Source of the DNA: Treponemataceae bacterium
Lineage (GTDB): Bacteria; Spirochaetota; Spirochaetia; Treponematales; Rectinemataceae
DNA length: 64,000 nucleotides
Direction: 5' to 3'
Assembly (NCBI GenBank): GCA_963678065.2
Contig: CAXXVZ010000005.1
Coordinates: forward strand, 672,001-736,000
Part shown: piece by piece, positions 46,190-55,923 of the stretch
Layout: each line of letters starts with the position of its first letter
Position numbering within the stretch: position 1 is the first letter of the stretch
Made by a program: the position numbers and the translations under genes
The notes under the pieces: model-generated
The model's input: only the letters and a program-made list of their open reading frames with translations
Databases searched by the model: none
Told to the model about the DNA's origin: nothing

Positions 46190-46921
46190 TCAGCCCTCTT
46201 GCGCTTCCTTCAGCCTGTCGAGGTTGAGCGTCCGCCAGATGCGGTCATGTTCGTAAATCGCGGCAATCGCCGCGTCCTTGTCGTGCTTGCGCAGCGCATC
46301 CACGAGGGCGGTGTGGGACTCGATGCCGTGCCCTGGCATCATGGTCGGGGTGAAGAGCTCGATGACGAAGGAGTAGAGGTTCTCCACCAGCTTGTTCTTG
46401 GTGGCCTTTCCCATTCTGATGTGAAACTCGACATCGAGAGGAAGGGCAAGCTCGTGCTCATCCGGGTGCTCCGCTACACAGGAGGCGAGCTTGTCGCAGG
46501 CTTCCGCGAGGCCCTCTATCTCTTCCGGGCCGGCGTTGGCGACGAGGAGGGAGGCTATGCCTGTCTCGACGAGGATGCGCAGCTCCGCGAGTTCCTCGAT
46601 GTCGGAGGGGACGACGAGGAGGCGGAAGAGCAGGGGATCGAAAATCTTCTTGTTCGCGGTGGTGCCGACATAGGTTCCGTCGCCGCGCTTGATGTCGACG
46701 ATGCCGAAGGCGGAGAGGATTTTCATGGCCTCGCGGATCGAGCCGCGGCCGACTTTCAGCTGCTCTGCGAGTTCGCTCTCGTTCGGGATCTGGTCGCCCG
46801 GCTTGAGCCGCTTTTCCAGCAGGGCCGACCTGATCGTCTGGATGACCTGCTCGACCGTTGTCGGACGAGGTTCGGCCTGACCGAATATCTCATTGGTCGA
46901 TGTCTTCATGGTGGTGTTCAA
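46190..46921 (-). CDS. FadR/GntR-family regulator
   Basis: LKPGDQIPNESELAEQLKVGRGSIREA, RGDGTYV; FCD domain (D..FH). Confidence 0.92.
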   Translation of the reverse strand: MNTTMKTSTNEIFGQAEPRPTTVEQVIQTIRSALLEKRLKPGDQIPNESELAEQLKVGRGSIREAMKILSAFGIVDIKRGDGTYVGTTANKKIFDPLLFRLLVVPSDIEELAELRILVETGIASLLVANAGPEEIEGLAEACDKLASCVAEHPDEHELALPLDVEFHIRMGKATKNKLVENLYSFVIELFTPTMMPGHGIESHTALVDALRKHDKDAAIAAIYEHDRIWRTLNLDRLKEAQEG

Positions 46922-46981
46922 GTGTACGCCGACTGGTCTTCTTCTTCAAGCGTCGCGCGCGTCGGCGCGGCAGGCGTTTTA

Positions 46982-47320
46982 TCAGACATAGTCGGCCCGC
47001 ATCGGGGTAAAGCACTCGATGATCTCCGAGTCCTCGAGTATCTCGGAGCCGTGGGCCTCGTTCGAATCAAAAATGTAGCCGTCGCCGGGGCCGACGATGA
47101 ATGATTCCCCGTTCTCCTTGAAAAACCTGATCAGGCCCGAAATCACGTAGCCGTTCTGGGCGGGCAGGTGAGTGTGGAGAGGAAGGCCCGTTCCCTTTGC
47201 CAGGTAGAAATAGCAGAGCATGTTGTCCTTGTTGTAGGACAGCGTGACCCTGTCGATGCCGGGGCGCATGGTGACGCGCCTGCCCGTGGACAAGCTCGAC
47301 AGGAAAACCTTGTCAGGCAC
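46982..47320 (-). CDS. Cupin-domain protein
   Basis: LPLHTH..Q.GYVISG, GPGD, NEAHG, FTPMRADY. GTG start overlaps the upstream stop. Confidence 0.8.
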   Translation of the reverse strand: MPDKVFLSSLSTGRRVTMRPGIDRVTLSYNKDNMLCYFYLAKGTGLPLHTHLPAQNGYVISGLIRFFKENGESFIVGPGDGYIFDSNEAHGSEILEDSEIIECFTPMRADYV

Positions 47321-48374
47321 GGTGCTTCCTCCTTTCGCTGATGGCTTGTGTGAGGGCGTCCCAGCCCTGGATGAAGGAGTTGCGGAACAGGACCACGGGG
47401 CCGAAGCGCTCGAACTCCTCCACCTCGAGCGCGCCTTCTTCACGGGCCTGGCGGTATTCCGGAATGAGGCGGGAAAGCTCGTCGACGACATAGGCCGGCA
47501 CGGGCGTCTGCATCCTCCACACGACGAAGGGATTTTCCGCGAGGAGAGTCTCCGCGCCTCCCTTCCAGTTGATCGTCACGTGGACATCGCCGCCGACGAG
47601 TTCCGTGAAATGGTGGAGCCCGCGCGCCCCGCCGCCGAGCAGTATCCCCGGATAGCCGCGCTCTTTCATGATGGCGTACTGGCGGCGCGCGACCGAGAGT
47701 CCCGCCTGGAAGAGAATGTCGGCTCTCACGGGAATCCCGTGTTCGGCGACAACCTGCTTCATGTAGTCGTCGAAAATGCCCGAAATGTGTGTCACATAGT
47801 ATGCCGCGCGGCCGCGATACGCCTCGCAGGCCGCTACAGCCTGGGAAACGCTCATGACCTCCGTGGCGATGATCGGAACCTCTTCGGCCGAAAGAACGGA
47901 GATGGCAGCGAGCCCCGCCGCCGTCACGGGAATCTTGGCTATGATGTTCGGGGCGATTTTCCTGTTCTCGCGGGCGTCCGCGATGATGGCCTCGGCCCTG
48001 TCCTCCTCGTGCGGGGAAATCTGGATCGAGACCCAGCCTGATTTTCCTCCTGAGGCTTCATGGACTGGGAGGAAGATCGACGCGAGGCGGGCGACGGCCG
48101 CACGCTGGACGGCCGCGGCGGCAGCGCCGAGGCCGGCATCACTGGCGACGCCGGTGTCGGTGATGCCCGCGCGGGCGATCGCGCAGTCGATATCCTCGTC
48201 GAGCTTCGCCTTCTCGACCGGATCTTTCAGCATCTTCGAAACATACGCAGGATTGGTCGTGCACGCGAATGCCCCCGCCCCTATCGCCTTTTCGGCCTCG
48301 GCAGCCGTGGGATTGTTGATCCAGAACCGCGTCGGGCTCTGTTCATGCACTCGGTGAAAATATGAAGCGGACAT
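47313..48374 (-). CDS. Transaldolase-family protein (atypical)
   Basis: CTTNP, GWVSIQ, NIIAKIPVT..G (Schiff-base Lys). Confidence 0.8.
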   Translation of the reverse strand: MSASYFHRVHEQSPTRFWINNPTAAEAEKAIGAGAFACTTNPAYVSKMLKDPVEKAKLDEDIDCAIARAGITDTGVASDAGLGAAAAAVQRAAVARLASIFLPVHEASGGKSGWVSIQISPHEEDRAEAIIADARENRKIAPNIIAKIPVTAAGLAAISVLSAEEVPIIATEVMSVSQAVAACEAYRGRAAYYVTHISGIFDDYMKQVVAEHGIPVRADILFQAGLSVARRQYAIMKERGYPGILLGGGARGLHHFTELVGGDVHVTINWKGGAETLLAENPFVVWRMQTPVPAYVVDELSRLIPEYRQAREEGALEVEEFERFGPVVLFRNSFIQGWDALTQAISERRKHRA

Positions 48375-48441
48375 TCCGGCACCCCTTTCGATATCGGCAT
48401 GCATCCGGGCCTGATTTTTGAAAATCAGGCCTCTCGCAAAC

Positions 48442-48468
48442 ATTATACTTTATACGTCATATGTATGA
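48442..48468 (-). promoter_or_regulatory. -10 box plus GntR-like palindrome upstream of the transaldolase operon
   Basis: TATAAT at 48447-48442; TCATA-TG-TATGA at 48457-48468. Confidence 0.5.
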
Positions 48469-48585
48469 TAGCATAGTTTCGGAATTCTGCAACCGAATTT
48501 CGCGTCAGAGGCGGGCGCAGATTCCACAAGCCCCGGCGCCGTATTATGATCGTGCACAGATCGCCCGACCGAAGGATGGAATTCC

Positions 48586-50187
48586 ATGAACTTTTCCGAC
48601 GTCCGAGCTACGGCCATAGAGCTGACCCGTTTCCCCAGCGTCACGAACAGCCCGGGAGAAACCGCGTTCGCCCCCTTTCTGGCCGGGAAAATCGGCGCTC
48701 TCAAGTACTTCCGTTCCCACCCCGAAGATCTGCTCGTGGAACGGACTACCTCGGATCACTGCGACCGGAGCGTGGTCTTCGCTTTCGTGCGCGGCACCGG
48801 TCCGGATTGCCTCATCCTGACCGGGCATTACGATGTCGTATCCACAGCATGCTACGGCGACCTGGAGGGTCTGGCGTTCGAGCCCGAAGAGCTGACGGCC
48901 CGCCTCGTCCGGGAACTGGCCCGTGAAGGCTCAGGCGCGGGTGCGACCCGGGCCAGGGCCGATCTGGAATCGGGCGCCTTTCTCGCCGGTAGAGGGCTTC
49001 TGGACATGAAATCCGGTCTCGCCGCGGGGCTGTCGGTCCTCGAGCGCTTCGCCGCCGATCCGGACCGGAAAGGCAACATCCTCTTCCTGGCCGTCCCCGA
49101 CGAGGAGGATTCCTCGCACGGCATGCGGCATGCGGCCAGACGGATCAATGACTTCCTCGCGGCGAGGGCTTGCTCTCCTGTCGCCGCCATCAACCTGGAC
49201 TCCGCCGTCGACCAGGATTCCGGCGAAGACGGCAGGGCGATTTTCCTCGGCTCGGTCGGCAAACTTCTGCCATTCGTGCTCTTCGTGGGCAGACCCACGC
49301 ACGCGGGAGCCCCCTTCGACGGAGTCAATCCGACCCTTCTCGCCGCCGAGTTCGTCCGCGCGGTCGAATCCGACCCGGAAGGGCTCGGCGAGGACGCCGC
49401 ATCGGATTCCGAGCCACCCCCTCCCCCGACAGTCCTCTACATGAGGGAGATGCGGCGCGCTTACGATGTCACGACCCCCTCCTCGGTGTTCTGCGCCCTC
49501 AATGTTCTCTCGCACAGGCGGAGTCCCGCCGAAGTGCTCGGACGACTCGGGCCCCTCGCGGGGCAGGCGATGGAGCGTGCCCTGACCCTCCTCGTTTCGC
49601 GCGCGAAGGAGCAATCGCGCCGCTCCGGATCTGTCTTCGCACCGCCGGACAGACCGCCAGCCGTCATCGATTTCGCCGAGCTGGCCAAGGGACTCCCCGC
49701 TGCAAGCGGCCTGTCCGACATCGAGCTGGACCCCGTCGTGGCGACAGCTGCTATCGCAGAGGCATTCGTCGTCCGCGCCGGCATCGAGGGTCCGGCTGCG
49801 ATCATCGGCTTCGCGCCGCCATACTACCCGAGAGCCGAACTCTCTCCCGGACGCGACGGCGCGTTCCGTTCAATCCTCGAACACGAGGCAGCGCGAATGG
49901 CCGCCGAGACGGGCGAGTCGATCAGGCTCCGCCCGTACTTCCCCGGAATTTCGGACATGAGCCACCTCGCACCCTCCGATGGCCCCGGACAGGCCGACTA
50001 TGTGGCCGCGCGCTCACCGGTCGCCCCTTCCGCGACGGGCGAAGGGCTCGGATGCCCTGTCGTCAACATCGGTCCCTGGGGACGCGAGTATCATCAGCGC
50101 CTCGAGCGCGTCCATGTCGACTACAGCTTCAAGGTGCTGCCTGAACTCCTGTGGCGGATATCCATCGCCCTCCTCTCCTCAGAATGA
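48586..50187 (+). CDS. M20-family metallopeptidase, RocB-like
   Basis: GHYDVV, GRGLLDMKSG, PDEE..S.G, GSVGKLLP, YFPGISDMS, NIGPWG..H...ER. Confidence 0.85.
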   Translation: MNFSDVRATAIELTRFPSVTNSPGETAFAPFLAGKIGALKYFRSHPEDLLVERTTSDHCDRSVVFAFVRGTGPDCLILTGHYDVVSTACYGDLEGLAFEPEELTARLVRELAREGSGAGATRARADLESGAFLAGRGLLDMKSGLAAGLSVLERFAADPDRKGNILFLAVPDEEDSSHGMRHAARRINDFLAARACSPVAAINLDSAVDQDSGEDGRAIFLGSVGKLLPFVLFVGRPTHAGAPFDGVNPTLLAAEFVRAVESDPEGLGEDAASDSEPPPPPTVLYMREMRRAYDVTTPSSVFCALNVLSHRRSPAEVLGRLGPLAGQAMERALTLLVSRAKEQSRRSGSVFAPPDRPPAVIDFAELAKGLPAASGLSDIELDPVVATAAIAEAFVVRAGIEGPAAIIGFAPPYYPRAELSPGRDGAFRSILEHEAARMAAETGESIRLRPYFPGISDMSHLAPSDGPGQADYVAARSPVAPSATGEGLGCPVVNIGPWGREYHQRLERVHVDYSFKVLPELLWRISIALLSSE

Positions 50188-52995
50188 GGCCAGATGGGCC
50201 GCGCGCAAGTCTTCCCGGACCCGTTCGAATTCAGCCTCCATCGCCCGGACCGCCCTGGACAGGTCAAAATCCGCGTCGCCGTTCCGCAGCTTCCCTTCCA
50301 TTTCGGCGCAGAGGGAGGAAAGCCCTGAGGCCCCGAACAGCAGGGCGCTCGACTTGACAGAGTGCGCGGCCCTGACAAGTCCCGCCGCGTCGACGCCACT
50401 CTTCATGCCGGCAAGCGAGGTCTCCGTCTCGGCGATGAAATCGGCCGCCAACGCGACCAGGGCGGCGGGGTCTTCCGCCCCGACCGTCTGCCGCAGATCC
50501 TCCAGAATGGCCGCATCGAGGGAAGAGCCCGCGCCCGACGCCTTTCCCCCTTCGTGAGCGCGCTCCTTCGGAATGCTCGCCTCGGCCCGCGCCAGCGCAT
50601 CGGACAGTTCGTCGATGCGTACGGGCTTCCCGATGTAATCGTCCATGCCGGCGGAAAGACAGATCTCGCGGTCGCCCTGCATCGCGTTCGCCGTCATCGC
50701 GATGATGTAGGGCTGACCGTGGGCGCGATGGCCCGAGCGTATCCTCCGGGTGGCCTCGAGGCCATCCATCTCGGGCATCTGGACATCCATGAGGACGATG
50801 TCGTAGGGCTGCCTCTCCAGCGACTCGAGCACTTCGATTCCGTTTGCCGCGGTGTCGGCCCGCAGACCGATGCGTTTGAGGAGGAGGAGCGCGACCTGCT
50901 TGTTGACGAGATTGTCCTCGGCCAGAAGAATCCTGACCGGCCGGAGGGCAGCGGCGCTTCCCATGACTTCCGTCTCCGTCTCCGGTTCGGGTCCTGGTTC
51001 GGCTTCCGCTTCTTTTCCTGCCGCTTGACCGCCATCTGATCCGAAGACATCCAGCAAAGTGGAGAAGAGGACGGACGGCTTGATCGGCTTCGTCAGATAG
51101 GCGGCGAGTTTCAGGCCCGCCGTGTCGACATCCTTGAGTCCGGAGGAGGTGAGCATGACGAGCTCGGGTTTCTTCGGCAGGTCGAGGGCCTGGATGGCGG
51201 CGCCGAGGCTGGCCCCGTCCATCTCCGGCATCTGCATGTCCAGAAGGACCATGTCGTAGGGCCTGCCCGAGGCGACCCAGGCGAGCGCTTCCATCGGAAA
51301 TTCGGTCTCCTCGGGAATCATGCCCCAGGAATGAACCTGACGGTACAGAATGTACCGGTTCGTGGCATTGTCGTCGACGATGAGGACATGCCTGCCCGCG
51401 AGTCCGGGCTGCTGCCTGTGCAGAAAACCCGGGACCGGGCGCCGAGAGGCGAGCGCGGACACGGTAAAATGGAAGATCGAGCCTTCCCCGGGGAGACCTT
51501 CGCTCTCCGCCCACATCTCCCCGCCCATCAGCTGGGCGAGCCTGCGGCTGATGGCGAGTCCGAGACCCGTCCCGCCGAATTTCCGGGTAGTCGACGCGTC
51601 GACCTGACTGAACGACCTGAAGAGACGATCCATGCGGTCGGGAGGAATGCCTATTCCCGTGTCCCTGACGGAGAAAAGCAGGCGGACAGGCGCTTCCCCA
51701 TTCTTTCCGTCCACGCACTGCGCCGCCTCGGCGGCCAAGCCCACAGTGACTACCACCTCGCCCTTCGAGGTGAATTTCACCGAATTGGACAGGAGATTGA
51801 GGATGATCTGCCTGAGCCGCGTCGAATCGCCGACGATCGCGTCCGGCACAGCGGGTTCAAGTATGTAGGCGAGATCGAGACCCTTGGCCGTCGCCTGGCC
51901 CGCGACCAGATCGAGGGCGGATTCGACGCACTCGCGCAGGTCGAAGGGCTGCTCCTCGAGCTCCATGCGCCCCGCCTCGATCTTGGAAAAGTCGAGGATG
52001 TCGTTGATGATGGCGAGGAGGGACTCGCCGCTCGAGCGTATGGTCTCGGCGAACATCCTCTGGTCCGGACTCAGCTGAGTGTCGAGGAGGAGGGTCGTCA
52101 TGCCGATCACGGCGTTCATCGGAGTGCGGATCTCGTGGCTCATGGTCGCGAGAAAAGAGCTTTTGGCCTCGTTGGCGGCTTCCGCCTCCCGTCTGGCCTG
52201 CGCGAGCTCACTGATGTCGTGATAGATGGCCATGCCGCCCATGGCCTCGCCGTTCACGGCCAGGGGAACCGCTCTCAGTTCGACCTCGGCCTGACTCCCG
52301 TCCTTGCGCCGGCGCTGCGTGATGGCGCGCACGTAGCGCCCCTCAGCGCCAGTCGATGAAGTGAAGGCCCGGGCATCGGCCCTGTACTCGGGAGACACGA
52401 GGAGTTCGTCGATCTCGCGGCCGAGGACTTCCTCCTCCCGATAGCCGAAAAGTTTCTCGGCCTCGGGATTCCATGAGTTGATCAACCCGTTCTTGTCGAC
52501 CATGACGGCGGCCGCGGGCATGTTGTCCACCAGCGTCTCGAAATACTTGCGGTGCCGGAGCTCGGCCCGTTCCGCCTCCCTGCGCGCGGTCACGTCGTTG
52601 CCGATGGTGAGAAATTCGACGATATCACCGCCTTCGTCGAGGATCGGGGTGTTGATCCAGGATACCCAGACGATGGAGCCATCCTTGCGTATGTTGCCGT
52701 TCTCGTTGTTCTTGTAGGCCCCGGGATTGTCGAGGAGACCCTTGAGGAAGGAGTCGCAGCCCGCCGAGGCCGGGGCCTGCCCGGAATCAATGGATGGCTC
52801 ACCATCTATTGATGGTGCCATAGTCTGGAGCACGCTGCGGCCGACAAGTTCCTCCCGGGAATAGCCGAGGAAGCGCACCGTATAATCATTCACATACGTG
52901 ATCGTTCCCTGCCTGTCGAAGCGCATGATGATGCTGTCGGCGCTCTCGACGAGGCTGCGATAGAGAATGGCGTCGGAGATCGTGCTCGTTTTCAT
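50179..52995 (-). CDS. Hybrid histidine kinase PAS-PAS-HisKA-HATPase-REC-REC-Hpt
   Basis: FLATMSHEIRTPMN, NLLSNSVKFT, DTGIG, GGTGLGL, two REC domains, AHSVKS; no TM segment. Confidence 0.95.
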   Translation of the reverse strand: MKTSTISDAILYRSLVESADSIIMRFDRQGTITYVNDYTVRFLGYSREELVGRSVLQTMAPSIDGEPSIDSGQAPASAGCDSFLKGLLDNPGAYKNNENGNIRKDGSIVWVSWINTPILDEGGDIVEFLTIGNDVTARREAERAELRHRKYFETLVDNMPAAAVMVDKNGLINSWNPEAEKLFGYREEEVLGREIDELLVSPEYRADARAFTSSTGAEGRYVRAITQRRRKDGSQAEVELRAVPLAVNGEAMGGMAIYHDISELAQARREAEAANEAKSSFLATMSHEIRTPMNAVIGMTTLLLDTQLSPDQRMFAETIRSSGESLLAIINDILDFSKIEAGRMELEEQPFDLRECVESALDLVAGQATAKGLDLAYILEPAVPDAIVGDSTRLRQIILNLLSNSVKFTSKGEVVVTVGLAAEAAQCVDGKNGEAPVRLLFSVRDTGIGIPPDRMDRLFRSFSQVDASTTRKFGGTGLGLAISRRLAQLMGGEMWAESEGLPGEGSIFHFTVSALASRRPVPGFLHRQQPGLAGRHVLIVDDNATNRYILYRQVHSWGMIPEETEFPMEALAWVASGRPYDMVLLDMQMPEMDGASLGAAIQALDLPKKPELVMLTSSGLKDVDTAGLKLAAYLTKPIKPSVLFSTLLDVFGSDGGQAAGKEAEAEPGPEPETETEVMGSAAALRPVRILLAEDNLVNKQVALLLLKRIGLRADTAANGIEVLESLERQPYDIVLMDVQMPEMDGLEATRRIRSGHRAHGQPYIIAMTANAMQGDREICLSAGMDDYIGKPVRIDELSDALARAEASIPKERAHEGGKASGAGSSLDAAILEDLRQTVGAEDPAALVALAADFIAETETSLAGMKSGVDAAGLVRAAHSVKSSALLFGASGLSSLCAEMEGKLRNGDADFDLSRAVRAMEAEFERVREDLRAAHLASF

Positions 52996-53091
52996 ATGCG
53001 CATCCTTGTGTATCTGTGGAGTCCCGGGCCCAGAAGCGAAAAAGTCCCGCCTCCTCGGAAAGCCGGGGTCAGGACCGGGATCAACAAGTTC

Positions 53092-54759
53092 TCAGCGGCA
53101 GCCGCTGAGAACCCGGTTCCGCCCGGCGCCTTTGGCCGCATACATGGCCGCGTCGGCCTCTTCCAGAAGGGATTCGGCGTTCCCTCCGGAATGGAGCCCC
53201 GCCACGCCACAGCTGAAGGTGACGATAAAATCCCTGTCGGCCGCGAGATGTTTGATCCGGCTGAAGCCCTCCGCCAGCTCGGTGAGCATGGTCAGGGCCG
53301 TATTCTCGTCGGTTCCCGGCATGATGACGGCGAATTCCTCGCCGCCGTAGCGCCCGATGATGTCGCCTTCCCGAAGGCGCTGTCTCAGCATGTGGGACAA
53401 GCTTTTCAGGACGCGGTCGCCCGTGGAGTGGCCGTACCTGTCGTTCACGTCCTTGAAATCGTCGAGATCGATCATGGCGAAGGAGAGGCCGGCGCCGTCA
53501 CTCCGCGCCCGCTCGACCTCGCGCGACAGGCATTCCAGGATGGCATTGTGGTTGAAAAGGCCAGTGAGTCCATCGCGGATCATGTGGGTACGGAGCTGTC
53601 GGTAGCGGGCTACTTTCGTCGTCACCGAAGAGATCAGGTGTTCCGTTTCGATGGGTTTTGTCAGGAAATCGTCGCCGCCTATGCCCAGGGCCGCGAGTTG
53701 TTTGTCCTTGTCAGTCTCTCCGGAGAGGAAGACGATGGGCAGGCTGACGAATCGCTCCATCTGGCGGATGACCATCGCGAGTTCGATCCCCGTGCAGTCG
53801 GGCATGTACATGTCCATGAGGACGAGATCGGGTTCGAAGCCGATGATCCGCTCGATCAGATCCATCGGATCAGAGAGGATCTCGGCGATCATGCCGGCCT
53901 TTTTCAACTGGAGGGACGTGTAGGTGGCCTGAACCCTGGAATCGTCGACGATGAGTATCCGCGCAGGCTTGTCGTCGCCGCGGAAGGCGAGGCGGTCCAT
54001 CACGTCGACGAGAGTGTCCACGTCGACCGGCTTGACGAAGTAGGCCCTTCCTCCCGCCCTGACGGCCTGCAGTCGGAAAGACATGCTGTCGTTCCGGGTT
54101 ATGAAAATCACGGGAGCTGCCCGAGCGTCGCTCTCTCCCAGACGGACTGCGGACTCGATGCCCGCAAGGCCCCCTTCGGGGAAGATGATGTCCATGAGGA
54201 TCACTGTCGGGCTCTGTCCGGGAAGCGCTTCCTCGAGCTCCGCGGGGGAACAGAAAATTCTGACGCCGTAGCCAAAATATCCGATCTGTGTGGAGAGCTC
54301 GCGCGCCTGGACAGAATCGTCCTCCACGAGGAAGACCATCCTCCGTTTCCGCTGTTCTTCGAGGGAGGCCGTGACAGCCCTGGCGGCGCCGAGTCTCTGA
54401 GTCAGTTCCGCGAGGTCGACCTGCCTGTCGTACATGACGGCCTTCCCGAGCTCGTCTATCCTCCGCTCAGCAAGTTCGAGGGCCTGCGGGTCGGAGGGAG
54501 CCGAGGCGGCCACCTCGAGGGCCCGCTGGGAAAGCCGGGCCTGTTCGGCGATCTTGAAGAAGCCAAGCGATCCGGAGGCTCCAGCGAGGCTGTGAGTTTT
54601 CTGGACCAGGTCGGAAAGGTCCGCAGGGTCGCTCTCATCCCTGCGGACCCGGGCCCAGGCGGTCTGAATGGCCCCCCATTGTCCGGGCAGGCCGGCGAGA
54701 AAATCGACGGTGATCTGTTTCAGGCTTTCGACAAGCTCGACACCGGTGTCCATGCTCAT
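53092..54759 (-). CDS. Hpt-REC-REC-GGDEF diguanylate cyclase
   Basis: HSLAGASGSLG, two REC domains, REGD I-site, YGGEEF. Confidence 0.92.
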   Translation of the reverse strand: MSMDTGVELVESLKQITVDFLAGLPGQWGAIQTAWARVRRDESDPADLSDLVQKTHSLAGASGSLGFFKIAEQARLSQRALEVAASAPSDPQALELAERRIDELGKAVMYDRQVDLAELTQRLGAARAVTASLEEQRKRRMVFLVEDDSVQARELSTQIGYFGYGVRIFCSPAELEEALPGQSPTVILMDIIFPEGGLAGIESAVRLGESDARAAPVIFITRNDSMSFRLQAVRAGGRAYFVKPVDVDTLVDVMDRLAFRGDDKPARILIVDDSRVQATYTSLQLKKAGMIAEILSDPMDLIERIIGFEPDLVLMDMYMPDCTGIELAMVIRQMERFVSLPIVFLSGETDKDKQLAALGIGGDDFLTKPIETEHLISSVTTKVARYRQLRTHMIRDGLTGLFNHNAILECLSREVERARSDGAGLSFAMIDLDDFKDVNDRYGHSTGDRVLKSLSHMLRQRLREGDIIGRYGGEEFAVIMPGTDENTALTMLTELAEGFSRIKHLAADRDFIVTFSCGVAGLHSGGNAESLLEEADAAMYAAKGAGRNRVLSGCR

Positions 54760-54853
54760 TGCTCCCGCAGATATACGTTTTCAGACAGTTTAATCTATGG
54801 AGAATCCGAATGGTAGGGCAGTCGGGCCGGCGGTTCCTGAAAACCGCGCGCTC

Positions 54854-55678
54854 TCAGCCTCCCCACTCGCTCGGGTCCCGCCTGAAAAAAGTCCGCATCT
54901 GAGCGTAGACCGCGGGATACTCGCGCAGCAGGACCCCGGGTCTCTCGTAAAAATACTCGCAGGCGACGGCGAAGAACTCGTCGGGGCTCTCTGCCGCGTA
55001 GGGGTCGATGCGCGTCCTCGACTTCGCCTTGCCTCCCGGGCCGCGGCCTCCGCCGGGCCGCCGGCCAGTTCGCGGCGATTCGAGCTTGGACCTGAAGTCG
55101 GCGAAGGCCTCCGAAAACGCCGCCTTCCACGCGAGCGCATCCATGTCGCGGTGCAAGGGCGGGCAGCCGTCGTAGGAGCCGTCCCTGCCGTCGATCTTGT
55201 GCGCCATCTCGTGGATCACCACATTGTAACCGTCCCCCCAGCCCGACGCGTCGATGTCGGGGACAGAGAGGGCGACGGGACCTAAGTCGAAGGATTCGCC
55301 CGCAAACTCGTCCTCGTATTCGTGGATGACCCCCGCCTCGTCGGCCTCGCGCTTGGTGACATTGTAGTAGTCGGGCGTGACGATGATGGTCGACCAGCCC
55401 CTGTACCAGTCGAAGTCGAGTCCGAGAAGGGGGAGGCAGGCCTGGGCGGCCACCGAAACTTTCAGCTCCTCGTCGACCTCGGCTCCATCCACCGGATCGA
55501 AGCGTTTTGTCGCGAGAAAGAGAGTCGAGAGTTCACGCAGGAGTTTTTCGTCCCCCTCCGGCATGCCGCGGAAAATCTTGTGCCCGCGGAAGGCCCAGTC
55601 CCAGAGCTCGTCGGGGATGGGATTCCTTTCGGCAAGCCGTTTCCGGCCAGCCTCGCGCAACCGTGAAAAAATGCCCAT
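54854..55678 (-). CDS. MtfA/M90-family zinc peptidase
   Basis: VAAQACLP, NVVIHEMAHKID, DPYAAESPDEFFAV..E.F. Confidence 0.88.
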   Translation of the reverse strand: MGIFSRLREAGRKRLAERNPIPDELWDWAFRGHKIFRGMPEGDEKLLRELSTLFLATKRFDPVDGAEVDEELKVSVAAQACLPLLGLDFDWYRGWSTIIVTPDYYNVTKREADEAGVIHEYEDEFAGESFDLGPVALSVPDIDASGWGDGYNVVIHEMAHKIDGRDGSYDGCPPLHRDMDALAWKAAFSEAFADFRSKLESPRTGRRPGGGRGPGGKAKSRTRIDPYAAESPDEFFAVACEYFYERPGVLLREYPAVYAQMRTFFRRDPSEWGG

Positions 55679-55923
55679 ACTATGGAAGGTACTCTGAATC
55701 GGGCCTCCCGTTGAAGCGGGCCGAAGCGCGCCGTGCCGCGCGACTTTGCGCGATTTCGAACGACTTCGTATGGCTTCACCCGACTTGCACGACTCGCGAC
55801 GTCGGCCGGGCGCACAAAAGCGGGAGGCGGGCAGCCTCCGCCCTGATTTCGGAAGCGCGGCGCGATAGCTTGCGGGTATGCCCCGATGCGGGGCGCCATC
55901 CATTTTGCATACCGGGGTTCAGC

